From positions 162,192,001-162,256,000 of the forward strand of contig OZ024740.1 in NCBI GenBank assembly GCA_964016885.1: 64,000 nt of DNA, read 5' to 3'. Positions within the stretch are counted from its first letter, which is position 1, and each line of letters opens with the position of its first letter. Source of the stretch: Eledone cirrhosa. Its lineage: Eukaryota. Under the pieces are notes generated by a model that ran no database searches, was not told the DNA's origin, and worked only from the letters and a program-made list of their open reading frames with translations. Shown piece by piece: positions 28,133 to 43,621 of the stretch. Position numbers and translations under genes: made by a program.

Positions 28133-28664
28133 TTATTCAAAGTAATCCAACTTATTTTACTAAGGGGATAAAACATTATAAACCGTACGCAGTCCCGCGC
28201 TCCTTACTTTATTATAGTTTAGATTCTATTTATGGAGGAAACTGACCATAGTCTAACACCAAATGTAAAATACTACTTACTATACTTAAACGGACCCACA
28301 TATGTGTCGAGTTCTCACGTTGGCGAACCAATAGTAATATAAGGTTACAATCCTTTAAACTATATATTTTTATATATGATATATATATATGTTTGAATAT
28401 ACGTGTAATATATATATATTTATGTGTGTGTGTGTGCATATGTATATATATATATATATATTTATACTCACACAAACACACACACACCACATATATATAC
28501 ACACACACACACACACATATATATATACACACACACACATATATATATATATATACATACACACACACACATATATATATATATAAATATATATATATTC
28601 CTGTTTCTGACTATCCCTCTCCCTCTATCTGTCACTTGCCCTCCCCCCATCTCTTTCTTTCCAC

Positions 28665-28772
<108 letters not shown>

Positions 28773-28802
28773 GGAGAGAAGGAGATTGGGGGGTGGGGGG
28801 TG

Positions 28803-28877
<75 letters not shown>

Positions 28878-29179
28878 AAGTGAACTATAATTATTTTTTG
28901 CTACTGTTATAGTTGTGATTGTTGCTATTAATGTTATTTTCTATTCCACATTCAGCAGCGAAGAATGATGAGAATAAAGGACTATATAAACTTCCATTCT
29001 AGTTTTCTTCTAAAAATAGACCATAACTATTTACCTGCCTTTCAGCGAAAAAGTATTTTTCTATTATTTTTTGTATAATTTCAAGAAGTTAAGATATGTA
29101 TTTTGTGACTGCTGTGGTCCTTAAGATTATTTTAGTAGTAGTAGTAGTAGTAGTCGTCGTCGTCGTCGTCGTCGTCGTC

Positions 29180-29222
<43 letters not shown>

Positions 29223-29306
29223 AGCAAAAACAGTGATGAGTTTCACTTTAACAATTTTCTTGTTTTCCTCAGAACTGCTTCTTCCCACATAGACACAGAC
29301 AAGCAA

Positions 29307-29364
<58 letters not shown>

Positions 29365-29563
29365 ATATATATATATATATATATAACAAAGGAATTGTGG
29401 TAAGGAACCAGATGGACCATAACGCACCAGAGTACTCAATACTTAGAGTAGTAGAGTGGAAAATAGGAAAAAGTATGACCCCGACGGCAGAGCACTAGCC
29501 GTTTCAGCGGCTATTTCTGGACGACGAAACGGCTAGAGCTCTGCCGTCGGGGTCATACTTTTT

Positions 29564-29629
<66 letters not shown>

Positions 29630-29631
<2 letters not shown>

Positions 29632-30935
29632 TGGTTAAGGATTTCGTGGTTGATGTCATCCTCAATGCCCGTAAGTCGGTGATTAATTTCCACGACTCTA
29701 TTTGGATTAAAAAATCTAATAGTACCCCATTCGACGTGAGTATGGGCGCCAGCGATTCTTCGGAGGTTACTGATCTTATTGGCCTCTTCCTTCTTTTCTC
29801 TATCAAGGAAGAATTCCCCAACGTGGGCGGTGGTTTGTAGCGTGATGATGGTCTTTTGACCATGACTAAGTGCGCCCCACGTGCTTGCGACAGGTTCAGA
29901 AAAGAACTCACAGCCTTCTTTAAATGCTTCAACCTCTCCATACAGGTTGAGGCCAACCGCTCTGTCGTTAATTACCTCGACGTTACCCTCAATTTATCGA
30001 ATGGCTTGCACTACCCGTATAGAAAGGCGAATGATACGCTTAATTACATAAGTAAGCATTCTAACCAACCTGCCAGCATAACCAAGAACCTGGTAAGAAA
30101 CGTTTCTTTGAGGCTTTCCCGTCTATCTACAAACGAGCATATTTTCAACGACCATTCCACATATTACAATGAAGCACTTGCTCGGAGTGGATTTGTCGAT
30201 AAGGTAGCATATACAGAGTACGAGAAGAGACCTAGGGAAAATAGATCCCGACGCATTATATGGTATAACCCACCATATAATATGGAGGTGGCGACACCAT
30301 TAGATAAGTTCTTTCTCTCCCTTATTATGAAGAATTTCCCCCTACACATAAATATAGTAACATTTTTAATAGAAATACCATTAAAATTTCTTACTCTACG
30401 ACTCCTAACCTTGCACATAACATCACAGCTTCAAATTTAGCTAAGTTACCTAGCCGACGAAATACGTGCAACCCTGTAGCTAGTACTAACTGTAATTGTA
30501 GGAATCGAGTTGACTGCCCCTATCCGAGAAATGCCTCTCTAGTAACATTGTCTACAAATGCAAGGTTGAAACACCCACGTCCCGTAGGACCTACATAGGG
30601 TTAACCGCCAATAGATTCAAGCAGCGTCTTTAAATGCATACCCATTCTTTTCTTAACCCTTTAAGAAAGAATATGACGTCACTTTCAGCTTATATCTGGA
30701 GTCTAAAAGACAACCACACCCAATATAAGTTACACTGGGAGATCCTAGCTTAGGCTAGATCGTATAACGCAAATAAAAGACCATGTGACATCTGCTCCGC
30801 TGAGGCCCTGGAAATACTCTACGCCAAAGACCACATTTTTAAACAAAAAATCTGAAGCAATTTCGGCTTGTAAACATAAATTGCACAACATTTTCCTGTA
30901 TTACAGCCCCACATTATACCCTAACGGATAGTATG
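29630..30935 (+). pseudogene. Penelope-like element RT plus GIY-YIG (5'-truncated, with stops and frameshifts)
   Basis: PFDVSMGASDSSEVTDLIG, GGL*RDDGL, VNYLDVTL, YPYRK, SNQP, IIWYNPPY, CNCRNRVDCP, VYKC...TYIGLT, CDIC. Confidence 0.92.
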
Positions 30936-31309
30936 AACTATACGCGGATATTTACGTCTTGATGTGGTAGCTAAGTATATATGTTTATGCCATTACTTAT
31001 TTGTATAGGTAAGTATGTATTACCTGTAAGTTTTGTGAAGGTATGTATACTTTCTCGTACGTATATTTGCTTGTTTATGTTTCGGCGTATATTTTATATA
31101 TACTGGTACATGTGTTTTTGGTTATGTGTTTACGTGAGTTTTGCGTTTGTGTGAGTATGCGGGTTCGTACGTATGTAGTGTGTGTGTATATGTGTACTTT
31201 GTGTTTTTGTTGACGTACGTCTGCGAACATATGTGTATTTACATGTAGGTATGTGTGTGCGCGCATTTTATACGTTTTATATACGTTTATTTAATTATAT
31301 GTATACACG

Positions 31310-31362
<53 letters not shown>

Positions 31363-31619
31363 TTTTTTATATATATTTTTATCTGTATTTGGTGTATACG
31401 TTCGTATGTGTGAGGGTACAGGCGTTGCGTGGGTTCTGTATGTGCGTGCGGGTTTTTAATTTTTTTTGTGGGTGCTTGTATTTGCATACCCAAGGCGAGT
31501 GTTTTCTCGTATGCTTGTGTATGTACGTATTTGGATGCGTGTTTGTATATATTTAATTTTATTTACCTCTGTATTTTAGTTACTTTATTCTTAACTCTGA
31601 AGCCGAGAATCATTCGGTT

Positions 31620-32035
31620 TCCTAAATAGAAATTTAGTCTACGACTTTAGTTATACCATTTACGTGGTTTTGTCTTTGCGTGTAATTGTTCTCACCGATC
31701 CCCATAATGACGTATTATCTTCGTTTTTTCCGTTCATTGCCAGAGAACGTCTCCACGAACCACCTAATAGAATATTAGTCTACGACTTCATTTATACCAT
31801 AAACGTGGTTTTGTCTTTGCGTGTAATTGTTTTCACCGCTCCAAATAATGACGTATTATCTTCATTTTTCTTTGCCAGGGAACGTTTCCACGAACCAAGG
31901 TATCGTCTTCCTGTCTTCCTTCGGTTGCAACGTTTTTTGAAATATTTACTTCTGCGTTCACAGATTGACTATTTTAGTTTCAGAAAATCCCGTTAAGGGT
32001 GAAAGCAGCGTTTCTTTGCTTAAACTTTTAATAAA
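31620..32035 (+). repeat. Repeat with internal tandem duplication, probably a PLE 3' end (second copy about 59190-59400, minus)
   Basis: Shared TTCGGTTGCAACG...GAAATATTTACTTCTGCG..CACAGATTG...CGTTAAGGGTGAAAGCAGCG. Confidence 0.7.
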
Positions 32036-32259
32036 TATATATATATATATAAGGGATAACAAAATATTGTTATAGGTAATCCAGTTAGAAGTTGTGAATA
32101 CTTCTTATTATGGATAGTTTTAGCGTTGACTGAACAAGAGGTTGAGTGGCACTGCTTCTAGTGTTCAGCAATTTTTAGACATCTTTGTCAGTGAAACAAT
32201 TGTTAGACTGTAAATAAATTCCCTTTTTTGTACTGTTGACCATGTTATTCTCCACTTTT

Positions 32260-32366
<107 letters not shown>

Positions 32367-32841
32367 TATGTATGTATGTATAGTATATTTGGCAATATAC
32401 CGTATGTTTAATTAATAACATTTTGAAGACCATACGCTACCATAAGCTATCAGTTTTAAAGTAGTGACTATGTCACTTACTCCTTTTATATATAATGCAA
32501 GGTTTTGATATGAAATCCTGTGTTATATTGTTATATTTGGGGAGGGTCATATTATTATAATATTGCCAGAAATAATAATAGAACACATTCACTGTTTGGT
32601 TTGGATTGGTTTTCGCTTCTGTATCTTTTATATCTCCATAATTAACTTATCTGGCAATGAATGTTTATCATTTAACCGTTGGTCAATCAATGATAAACAT
32701 TGATTGCCAGATAAATTAGCTATGGGGATATAAATGATACAGAAGCGAAAACCAACCCAAACCAAACAGTGGGTGTGTTCTGTTATCATTTCTGGCAATA
32801 TTATAACAATATGACCCTCCCTAAATATAACAAAAAAATAA

Positions 32842-32970
<129 letters not shown>

Positions 32971-33163
32971 CACATTTAAACGACGCTGATGATCCGTTAT
33001 GGTGAAACAAATTGCGCTCGGAAATGGTTTACTAACTGTTGTGGAACTACTTATATATATACGCATATATATATATATATATATATTGAAAATAAAGTAC
33101 AATGGAAAAAAAACAAACAAACAAACGAAAGATAGAACTCCAAGGTCATCAGCCGTTGAGATG

Positions 33164-33223
33164 GACTTATGCAGTTTCGATCCCTACCAACGGTACTACT
33201 GGTCTATCCGGTGTCACAGAGTC
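33164..33223 (-). ncRNA. Hammerhead-like motif with a shortened core CTGTGA (second copy 34230-34289)
   Basis: Reverse complements: GACT-CTGTGAC...GATC-GAAA-CTGCA-TA-AGTC and GACG-CTGTGAC...GTC-GAAA-CTGCA-TA-CGCC. Confidence 0.5.
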
Positions 33224-33760
33224 TGACAAACAACCTGTGGAGTAAAAGACAAGACAAAACAATAACTTACATCCATTAAGCCATAACAGGTACACATGGG
33301 ATTCCATGTGACGACGAGAAGATACTGTGCTTCTAATAGCAACTATTGTCTCGTGAGACTGGAAAAAATGAGGTAAAGAAAAGAAAAAGGAAAAAGAAAG
33401 GAAAAAAGCAGGAAGTTAGAAATTGTGTTTAAAAATCTAATTCATTGAAATTATTGGAGGAGAAGTATGAACACTTTCGTCACAGAATAATAATATAACT
33501 CGACCACCTGTGACACGTTGGGTCACGTTCACTTCAAAATATTTTTTTGAAAATCATGTTCACTTACAAATAATTTTTAAATAATTAAAATATACACAGA
33601 CATGTATATAATGTGAAATGAAACTGTAAGGTCCATATATATATACGTGTGTGTATATATATATATATATATAAATGTGTGTGCTTGTAAACATATATAT
33701 ATGTATGTGTGAGTGTGTATATATATGTGGATGTCTGTGATCTATATACACTGGTCATAG

Positions 33761-33817
<57 letters not shown>

Positions 33818-34326
33818 ACACCACCAGCTCTCTCTCTCTCTCTCTCTCTTCCATTCTCCTCCTCTGTCTCCCCTCCCTCTCTCTATGTCTCTCTTTCAAT
33901 CTACTCTCTCACAACCACTATCTCACAAAACGACATTTTTAAAGGCTTCCTCCTAAAAAAACGGAGTCGTCGAGGCACCGTCATACGGCGTGTCTAGGGC
34001 ATTTTTAAAACTGGCGGAGCCCAACCCTCTCCAGCCGATTTTTTCTATAGAGGCAGAATCGACCACAGTACTGGACTGGTACTTTTTTTACCCACCTGAA
34101 AGGAAAAGTTGATCACCGCGGGATTAGAACTTAGAGCGTGCTATGAGGTGGGATGAATACCGTAAAGCATTTTATCCAACGTCTTAACCACTCGCCAATT
34201 GGCCGCCTTAATATGTTTATATTAAGACGGGCGTATGCAGTTTCGACACCTACCAACGGTACTGCTGGTTCATCTGGGGTCACAGCGTCTGACAAACAAC
34301 CCAAACCGCTGCTCCTGGATTAAAAG

Positions 34327-34440
<114 letters not shown>

Positions 34441-34480
34441 ATATATTAATAAATGGAAACTATATTTATAAAACCATATT

Positions 34481-34546
34481 TATTTTATTATATATATTTC
34501 AAGGGCAACCAAGGCAAATTATGGTGCGCTTTCATCAGATAAAATA
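34481..34546 (-). ncRNA. Type-I hammerhead ribozyme, family D
   Basis: Reverse complement: TATTTTAT-CTGATGA-AAG CGCACCA..TGGTTGC CCTT-GAAA-TATATA-TA-ATAAAATA (perfect 8-bp stem I). Confidence 0.85.
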
Positions 34547-34889
34547 CAGATTTGTTTTATAAATAAATATTGACATACCCGGAAAAAAGACAACCTTAAC
34601 GGTTGGAGCTTCCTGGATAAGCTTGTTGAATCCCAACAAATTAAATATAGCCTCTGCATATATATATATATATGTGGCCACTGTCGTCATTGAAATATGT
34701 ATCACAGCATTATCATTAAAGAACTTTAACATCTGAAACTACTTCGCTTTTTCTTATTCGATATATACTCCGTCACTCCTATGTGGAAACAGTACGTTGA
34801 GCGCTTGAATTGAATTGCATCAATATTTACCTTAAGTATATATATATATAATGAAAATAAAAAGTTACGGGCGAAAGGGGGTATTATCC

Positions 34890-34960
34890 ATCATCAGTTG
34901 TCTGTCGGGAATCATCGATATTTCTTCGCGTTAGAGACAAGATATTTCAACCTAGTGCGA
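34890..34960 (-). ncRNA. Permuted hammerhead-like motif (family P) in element about 34850-35155
   Basis: Reverse complement: TCGCA-9 nt-AATA-TC^TTGTCT-CTAA-CGCGA-A-GAAA-TATC-13 nt-AGACAA-CTGATGA-T. Confidence 0.65.
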
Positions 34961-35395
34961 TCAATAACTGAAATAAGTTATTGGGATGAAAAGGGGGAGA
35001 GAGAGAAAAAAATACATAAACAGACATGAAAAGTAAAGCAACGTAAAGAGAGTAAAAATATCAAGTCAACAAACTTTTTTCGGACATAAGTCCTGGCATG
35101 TCCGAAAAAAGTTTGTTGGCTTGATATTTTTCCTCTCTTTACGTTGCTTTACTTTAGGAATAGTCCGAATAAGTTGACATGCTGTTAACAGATAGTATTT
35201 TGAAAGCCCACATTTGGTTATTTTTGTTTTTCCTTATAATTATGTTCGACTAGACTGAATGACTAGGGCCTTATTGATGTAGTCAAATGGGTGCCGTTCT
35301 AAAACGGCGTGTATTGGGCATTTGAAACTTAGTGGAGCCCATCCATCTCCATGTCTGAACACAGACAATTTCTTCAGGAGAGAGGGAGAGAGAGA

Positions 35396-35476
<81 letters not shown>

Positions 35477-35611
35477 CGATAAAGAGAGATATAGGATGAA
35501 TTAGCCGCAGTGCTTATGCTTCGGAAGGGAAACTTTCTAGGTGCAAATTTCATTGTCATTCGTGAATGAAGAGGGTGTTTACTAAGCGGAGAAGTGAGAG
35601 AGACAGTGAGT

Positions 35612-35689
<78 letters not shown>

Positions 35690-36119
35690 AAATTTCTAAA
35701 GATGGAGGAGAAGGGCAGGCTAGTGGTTCGACGTGCAGGGATGGGTTTGAGGTGGAGAGTCCAGGTGCATTATTAGTACTGATACATGAGTGCAGATGGG
35801 GTGCTTTTCGTGTATGTGCATGCCATTGATGTTATTTCTCCGTTGTGTGTGTGTGTGTGTGTATGTGTGTGTGCGTTGTTTGTGTATCTTTGATGGAAGT
35901 GTACGTATCTGTGTACGTGTGTGTCTGTAAAGGTTTTATGTATTTTTGTGTGCATGCATGTGCACGTGCGCGTATGTGTGTTTCCTTAAGAGTGTGATAT
36001 GTAATGTATGGGCGAGTTTATGTGTACCTTTGTGTCTGAATTTTTAATGTATTTTTATGTGTGTACAAGTTTATGTGTGTGTATACTTATGTATGACTGA
36101 TGTGAATGTATGACGTGTG

Positions 36120-36150
<31 letters not shown>

Positions 36151-36489
36151 TGTATGTATGTATGTATGTATGTATGTATGTATGTATGCATGTATGAATG
36201 TATATATGTATGTACGTCCGTCCGTACGTACGTACGTATGCATGTACGTATTATGCACTTTACTTTCTTCTCTTTAAAACTCCTAGCTTCAGTGCTTTAA
36301 AATGTATTATTATTCTATGTTTGTTTTCTAGCCACAAACATAACTGGGAGTTCGGCTCTTCCACGTTCGAACCATATCCTTGTGGTTGTATTTATTTTCT
36401 ATATAGACGTCTTTACGATGTCGGTGAAGATAACTATACCCTCTCAATGTTATATATATATATATAACACTCTACACTCTCTCAATGCT

Positions 36490-36558
<69 letters not shown>

Positions 36559-36688
36559 AAATAATAAAGAATTCATATCTAGTAACATATATATACATAC
36601 AAATGCATATCGATGCTAGCAAATATATAGGTTTTGTCTTAATAACATTGTGGTTCAATGCATGGGGTTGCAAAACAATAAACAATAA

Positions 36689-37209
36689 TATAAGAGACGT
36701 AAAATAAGAAAATTATAAAATTAACTTACTTACTAAAATATCACTTCCAACTAATTAGTTTCTGGAATGGAGTAGATACATCTTCCGAAGAAGGTATAGA
36801 GAAACATCCCGTCATCAGGAAAGTCAATTCTCATATAAGTTTCCAGGCAAAGCGAGGACACTGGGAGCTTATTAAAAAATAAATCAGTGAATAGGAAATA
36901 GCAAAGCGTGGACTTAATTCCTAGCCATTGAGAAAATCACTGCCTCTGTGTCCGTGGCAAATTCAAAAAGAATCGAACACGTGACATCGAGGTCAATCGG
37001 TGGAAACTGGGTTGTTAATAAGATAGCGGCCAGCCTACTACAGTGTCCTCGCTTTGCCTGGAAACTTATATGAGAATTGACTTTCCTGATGACGGGATGT
37101 TTCTCTACACCTTCTTCGGAAGATGCATCTACTCCATTCCAGAAACTAATTAGTTGGAAGTGATATTTTAGTAAGTAAGTTAATTTTATAATTTTATTAT
37201 TTTACGTCT

Positions 37210-37214
<5 letters not shown>
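36689..37214. mobile_element. Foldback PLE-type pLTR
   Basis: About 170-bp near-identical inverted arms (36689-36861 and 37043-37214). Confidence 0.8.
37080..37161 (+). ncRNA. Type-I hammerhead ribozyme (mirror copy 36743-36824)
   Basis: ACTTTC-CTGATGA-C GGGATG...CATTCC A-GAAA-CTAATTAG-TT-GGAAGT. Confidence 0.87.
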
Positions 37215-37292
<78 letters not shown>

Positions 37293-37453
37293 CGAAGGAG
37301 TTGTGGTAAGGAACCAGATGGACCATAACGCACCAGAGTACTCAATACTTAGGGTAGTAGAGTGGGTAATAGGAAAATGTATGACCCCGACGGCAGAGCG
37401 CAAGCCGTTTCGACGGCTGGAAACGGCTTGAGCTCTGCCGTTTCATACATTTT

Positions 37454-37572
<119 letters not shown>

Positions 37573-37605
37573 GTACATACATATATGTATACAGACGTAC
37601 AGTAG

Positions 37606-37645
<40 letters not shown>

Positions 37646-38094
37646 CATGCACACATATATATATGTACGTATGGATTCACCGAACATTTATTATAATGCT
37701 CGGTGTGTTTGTAAACAAACATCCCGAATTAAGCCGTAGTGTCCAGCAACCATCGTTGCTCATTTGTTCAACACTGACAAAGGAACGTCTGAAAGTATAT
37801 ACTTTCCTTTCGGTGAATCCATACGTACATATATATATGTGCATGTATGTTTATATATATATATACATACTACTGTACGTCTGTATACATATATGTATGT
37901 ACGTATACATACTTATATTTAAGTAACAGCCGTACTAAGAGTGAGAAATGAAATTTCGTTTCATTTTTTCCGTTTATCGTTTTCGGTACCCCGGCCGATT
38001 AACTCACTCGATATGCAAATTAGACTGCTCAGCCGTTAATATGCATAAGGAAAGTATATACTTTCAGACGTTCAACCATCTGGCAGGAAGGCAT

Positions 38095-38137
38095 ACGTTG
38101 CTGACGATAGCTAATAAGCTTGAAACTAGTACAGCGT
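38095..38137 (+). ncRNA. Minimal hammerhead ribozyme, family E
   Basis: Identical to the 16239-16281 motif. Confidence 0.88.
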
Positions 38138-38401
38138 TCTTTTGTCAGTGTTGAACAAATGAGCAACGATGGTTGCTAGACACTGTACGACTTAATTCGG
38201 GATGTTTGTTTACAAACACACCGAGCATTATAATAAATGTTCGGTGAATCCACACGTATATATATATATATGTGTGCATGTATGTATATATATATACATA
38301 CTACTGTACGTCTGTATACATATATGTATGTACGTATACATACTTATATTTAAGTAACAGCCGTACTAAAGTGAGAAATGAAATTTCGTTTCATTTTTTC
38401 C

Positions 38402-38461
<60 letters not shown>

Positions 38462-38570
38462 CACTCTACTCTCTTTCTCACTACAATACCACGGTTAGCA
38501 TTGAACACCCAATCCGTTGGACGAGTTGTGGTATACAGATGCGTATATGTTAGTTTAATAAATGTCTGTT

Positions 38571-38616
<46 letters not shown>

Positions 38617-38891
38617 AGTGGAAGCTTAGTAAAATCGAAGCTTTGGATGTGGGCAAAGTCGACCTACAATATGAATGAGTTAGTAAAGCACTCAATAAGG
38701 GTCGGTCCTTAGAGTAATAACATACGTTTAAACAGATTGAACATTGTGGTGGGCAAAACCTAACACACAATACCAAAGCAACGAAAAAACTAACAGGTTA
38801 AAAAGATACACCTGGACAAATCAAACGATATACGTTTAAAGTGTTTCTATGAATCCGAAATCAAATATCCGACTTACGTAACAGGCATGCT

Positions 38892-38954
<63 letters not shown>

Positions 38955-38957
<3 letters not shown>

Positions 38958-39556
38958 TAATGATCAGGTCGAGCTTGCTCGGCTTTCTACGACACGTTTC
39001 CTCCATCCATCTTTGTCTCACATAGCGTTTGCCAGTTCTTCCGCAGTGCATCCAATATCGTCCTCAAGTTGCTTGACGTATGTCTTCTTGGGACGACCAG
39101 CGTTTCTTGCTCCATGAGATGGACTCCATAACAACATATCACCTGCTATTTCTTCCTTGCTGCGCCAACAGTGGCCAGCAAATCTGAGTCTCTGTCCACG
39201 TATTGACCTGCTGATAGATGGTATATTGCCATAGAGATCCTTATTTGTTGGGTGTTACCTCCAAGACACGTTCAAAGCAGCACGGAGCATACGTGTATAT
39301 GCCCCGTCTAGCTTTTTCTCCAGTTTCGACGTTAGCGTCCAAGTGATAGAGCCATAAACAAGCACAGATACCACAGCAGCTCTGAAGAAATTCCTTTTCA
39401 GTTTGGCCGACAGGTGTGATTTCCATATCTTTTACATTGCATTCAATGCTCCCCAGGCTTTTCCCAGTCTGATGTTAACATCATGTTCTGTGGAGGCGAT
39501 ATAGCTACCCAGGTATTTGAAATCGTCAACTTGCTTGATTATATCGCCGTTTAGAC
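38955..39556 (-). pseudogene. RTE-clade LINE 3' fragment (RT C-terminus)
   Basis: Manual translation: [14 protein letters not shown]...RLGKAWGA...[19 protein letters not shown]...LRFAGHCWR...GRPKKTYV. Confidence 0.88.
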
Positions 39557-39965
39557 TATATATATATAAATATAGAGCAGAATGGTCCTCTGTTGGTTTC
39601 GGCGATGGATGTTACAGTTGTTCGATTATCGGAACAACCTGCTCATAAAATTAATGTGTAAGTGACTGAGCATTCAAGAGACACGTTGTACCCTTGTGTA
39701 AATTCTCAGGGAGATCCAGCGTGTCACAGTGTGTGACAAGGCTGACCATATTCGCAGTCATTACAATCTCCTCTTTCTCTCTCCTATCTCTATCTTCTTT
39801 ATAGTCGCCCTAAAAGCATTTTTTAACATTCTCATCACGAAATCTGTTTGCTTCATCCACATCTTTTTCTTCAAATACTTGTTTATTTCTAAACAGCTTC
39901 TTTCTTTATAGTTACTCCTTTTTTTCTTTCTCACCCTCTTTCTTGTCTGTCTATCTATATATCTA

Positions 39966-40003
<38 letters not shown>

Positions 40004-40172
40004 ATCTTTTCCCACCCATTTCTGTTCTCTCACTTTTCCACGCAAAAAGGAAAACAACAACAAAATCACTTTCCACCCCTAATGTGACCCCTCCCTCTTT
40101 CGCCTACTTTCCATTTCTCTTGAGGCCTTTCTTCAGTCACACCTTTCACAGCCCCTTCTCTTGTAAACTCAT

Positions 40173-40215
<43 letters not shown>

Positions 40216-40585
40216 TTCATTTATATTTTTCTTGTTATTCATATGCCCAAGAAACTTTTTAGTCTCCTTTTACCCATCCATCTACACGAATCCAACCCAA
40301 CAAATCCGATCCACCAAGCAGCCATAACTGCTTCACGGCTACCAAATGGTTTTGAAATACACACACACATACACACAATAGGGTTGGGGGAAAATACATC
40401 TAGCGACCTGCATACACGCACAGAGAGAGAGAGAGAGCGAGGGAGAGAAAGATAACGGGAGATAGATAGATAGAAAGAGAGAGAGAGGGAGATAAAGAGA
40501 AAGAGAGATAACGGGAGATAGATAGATAGAGAGAGAGAGAAAGAGAAGAGGGAGAGATAGATAGTATATAGATAGATAGAGAGAA

Positions 40586-40662
<77 letters not shown>

Positions 40663-40741
40663 TGTAAAATCCCGACCTCGGCGCCAAGCGGTTTCGGTTT
40701 GAGGTACAGCAATATATATATACAGACCCGCCCCCCCCCTC

Positions 40742-40780
<39 letters not shown>

Positions 40781-42157
40781 TTGTATTGTCACTCCGAAAT
40801 AACTGTTTCTACTTTTGACACAAGGCCAGCAATTACCCAGTACATTACTGAATAACGATATACATATGACTGTATGTATTGTATATTTAACGATTTATGA
40901 AAGAAACATTTTGAAGGCCTTTCGCTATGAATTTTAAGGATGTGACGAACGTCACATCCTAGGAGGCGTGGGATGGACGCACAAATATTGCGTATTGCGA
41001 GACCCCAAATAGGGTCCGGAAGGGAGAAAACCTTGATAGTTGTTTTTCATGCTTTTATACACATTTTTAAAACTAAATTATGCATAGACAGGGGCCTTGT
41101 TTGCCTTAAAAATGTGAGGGGGGACAAACCAACATTTGTTGATTCTTAAATGAGCATGTTAGTATTGCTTATGGTGCCTTTCCCGGACCCTATCACATAA
41201 GTAACATTTTACACTAATTAAATTTTATATATTCAAATGAAGTTCGGATATAAAAAAAAAAAGCTTAAAAAGAATTTATTATTTCAAATAAACAAAAAAT
41301 AAAACATAGACGTTTGAAAAAAAAAAAGGGTGGGGTGCTTGTCCCCTGGTACCCTTGTGCATAGATATGTTTTCCACGGCATAGTTTGCGATTATGTTGA
41401 TGTAACAATTAATTGATTAAAAAAAAAAGTAATAATTTCATTGCTGTATAGTTCATTTTGTTAATTTACTGAATATTTACCATTTGGTAAGCTAAACGTG
41501 AACTCGGAAATATTTCTATCGTAGCTTCCAGTTTCATGTTAGTATAATGTCATAGTATTTCTACATGTATGCAATGTCATTTCTAAAACTATGAATTGCG
41601 GGAAAAAATGTTAATCTTTTTTAAAAAAATTTCATTATAATAATCATAGCCTTTTGAAAATGTACTACCTGGTACTGAATAGTCCCCTTGCACTTATTAA
41701 TTTTTTAGATCTTCCCTGTGTATGAGTGTATATATTTTTAATGTACTTTTATGTGTGTACAAGTTTGTGTGTGTGTATACTTATGTATGACTGATATGAA
41801 TGTATGACTGTGTGATATGTAAGTATGTATGTATGTATGTATATATATATATGTGAGAGAGAGAGAGAGAGAGTGTGTGTGTGTATGTGTGTGTATGTGT
41901 GTGTGTGCCGCGAGCATGTATATGTGTAAGAAGCATTAAGAAAACGGAAATTTGAGTTGTGTGTATCCCTACGCAAATGATCATAATAATAGTCAATCAC
42001 AATTAGTAATCGTTGAGAAAATTAGATAAAGTAGTCCCTAAAGCGGAAGAAAGTAGGTGGCAGTATGAATGTAGTTTATTTTCTTTGCCAGAATATCCTA
42101 ACATCTATTTGTTAAAAATGATTTTAAAAAAAGGTCATTCCCATCTACATTATTGTA

Positions 42158-42523
42158 CGGTTGAGGATCGGAGGCTATGCTTTGCAGCATAGAGTTATGA
42201 CCCTTTACGGCCTGAGTTCAAATCCCGCCGAAGTTAATTTTCCCATTCATCCTTACGGGGTCGATTAAATAAAGTAGCAGTAACGTACTGGGATAATTGC
42301 TGGCCTTGTACCAAAAGTAGAAATAATTATTGTAATATTAGCCACAGCCATTAATCGGTAGAGGGTCGGACGCCATGCTTTCCAGCATAGTTACGTCCCT
42401 TTACGATCTGAGTTCAAATCCCGCCGAGGTTGACTTTGCCTTTCATCCTTACGGGGTCGATAAAATAAAGTACCAGTAATGCACTGGGTATTTGCTGGCC
42501 TTGTGCCTAAAGTAGAAACAATT
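42158..42523 (+). mobile_element. Two tandem SINE copies (42158-42331 and 42355-42523)
   Basis: Main family motifs appear twice. Confidence 0.88.
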
Positions 42524-43282
42524 ATATTTGCCATACATACTGTGTCGTATAAAAATTATTTCCAGTTGCTTTATCAGTGGCAACCCGCGAAACTCAGTAG
42601 CAACAGAGAATAATCTCAGTAACATTATACACACACACACACTCACACACACATACATACATACATACATACATACATACATACATACATACATACATAC
42701 ATACATACATACATACACTTCGTTTAAAAACATTAGGATTCCTTTCAAGCAACACATACTCACACACAGACAGATAATAAACAAATAAGAGATCCCTGGA
42801 AAGCTAATATTCCAACTTAAATGAGCTGAACGAGCGAACAGTGAAGCAGAGTAAGCCGCTACGCCTCTAAAAAAACAACAACAGCAACAGATACCCACCC
42901 CCTAAAAAATAAATAAAAATGAAAAACAAATGGCACAACAAAAACGCCCCTGCAAAGACTTGACATTAAGATGTGCCTGGCTCTTCCATCAACTCAGCAC
43001 CCATTCAGCTAGGACCGATTTAGAGTAAATTAACAACGTAGGGATCTCTGATAATAAATAAATATATAAAAGAATAGATAAAAGATTATACTATGCTTCA
43101 GCTTTCCTTTCCACATTACTACTACTACTACTACTACTACTGCTGCTACTGCTGTTTTCCTAAGCTACTGGTGGGCTATAGGTTTACCAGAATACTCTTA
43201 ATTACACGTCGCATACCTTCCCATAACTGAATAGTTCCAGTTAACAGTTAGTTTGTTCTCCATACTATTTGCCCGAGGCTGT

Positions 43283-43621
43283 GACTTGGCAGAAATGTTA
43301 AAGCGTCGGACAAACTATTTCTTGTATTTATTCGAGTACTTTGCGTCTTGAGTTCAAATCCCGTCGAGGTTAACTTTGACTTTCATCAGTTCGGAATAAA
43401 TAATTGTTTCTTATATAGGCACAAGGCCAGCAATTTTTTTTTTGGGGGGGAAAGTCGATTAAATCGAACCCTGTGCGTGACCAGTACTTTATTTTATCGA
43501 CCCCGTAAGGATGAAAGGCAAAGTTAACCTCGGCGGGATTTGAACTCAGACCGTAAAGGGCCGTAACTTTACTACAAAGCATGGTGTCCGACTCTCTACC
43601 GATACTGCCAATCCACCGCCC
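43283..43621. mobile_element. Tail-to-tail SINE pair (variant plus-strand copy, full minus-strand copy 43400-43621)
   Basis: B-box GAGTTCAAATCCC on both strands. Confidence 0.82.
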
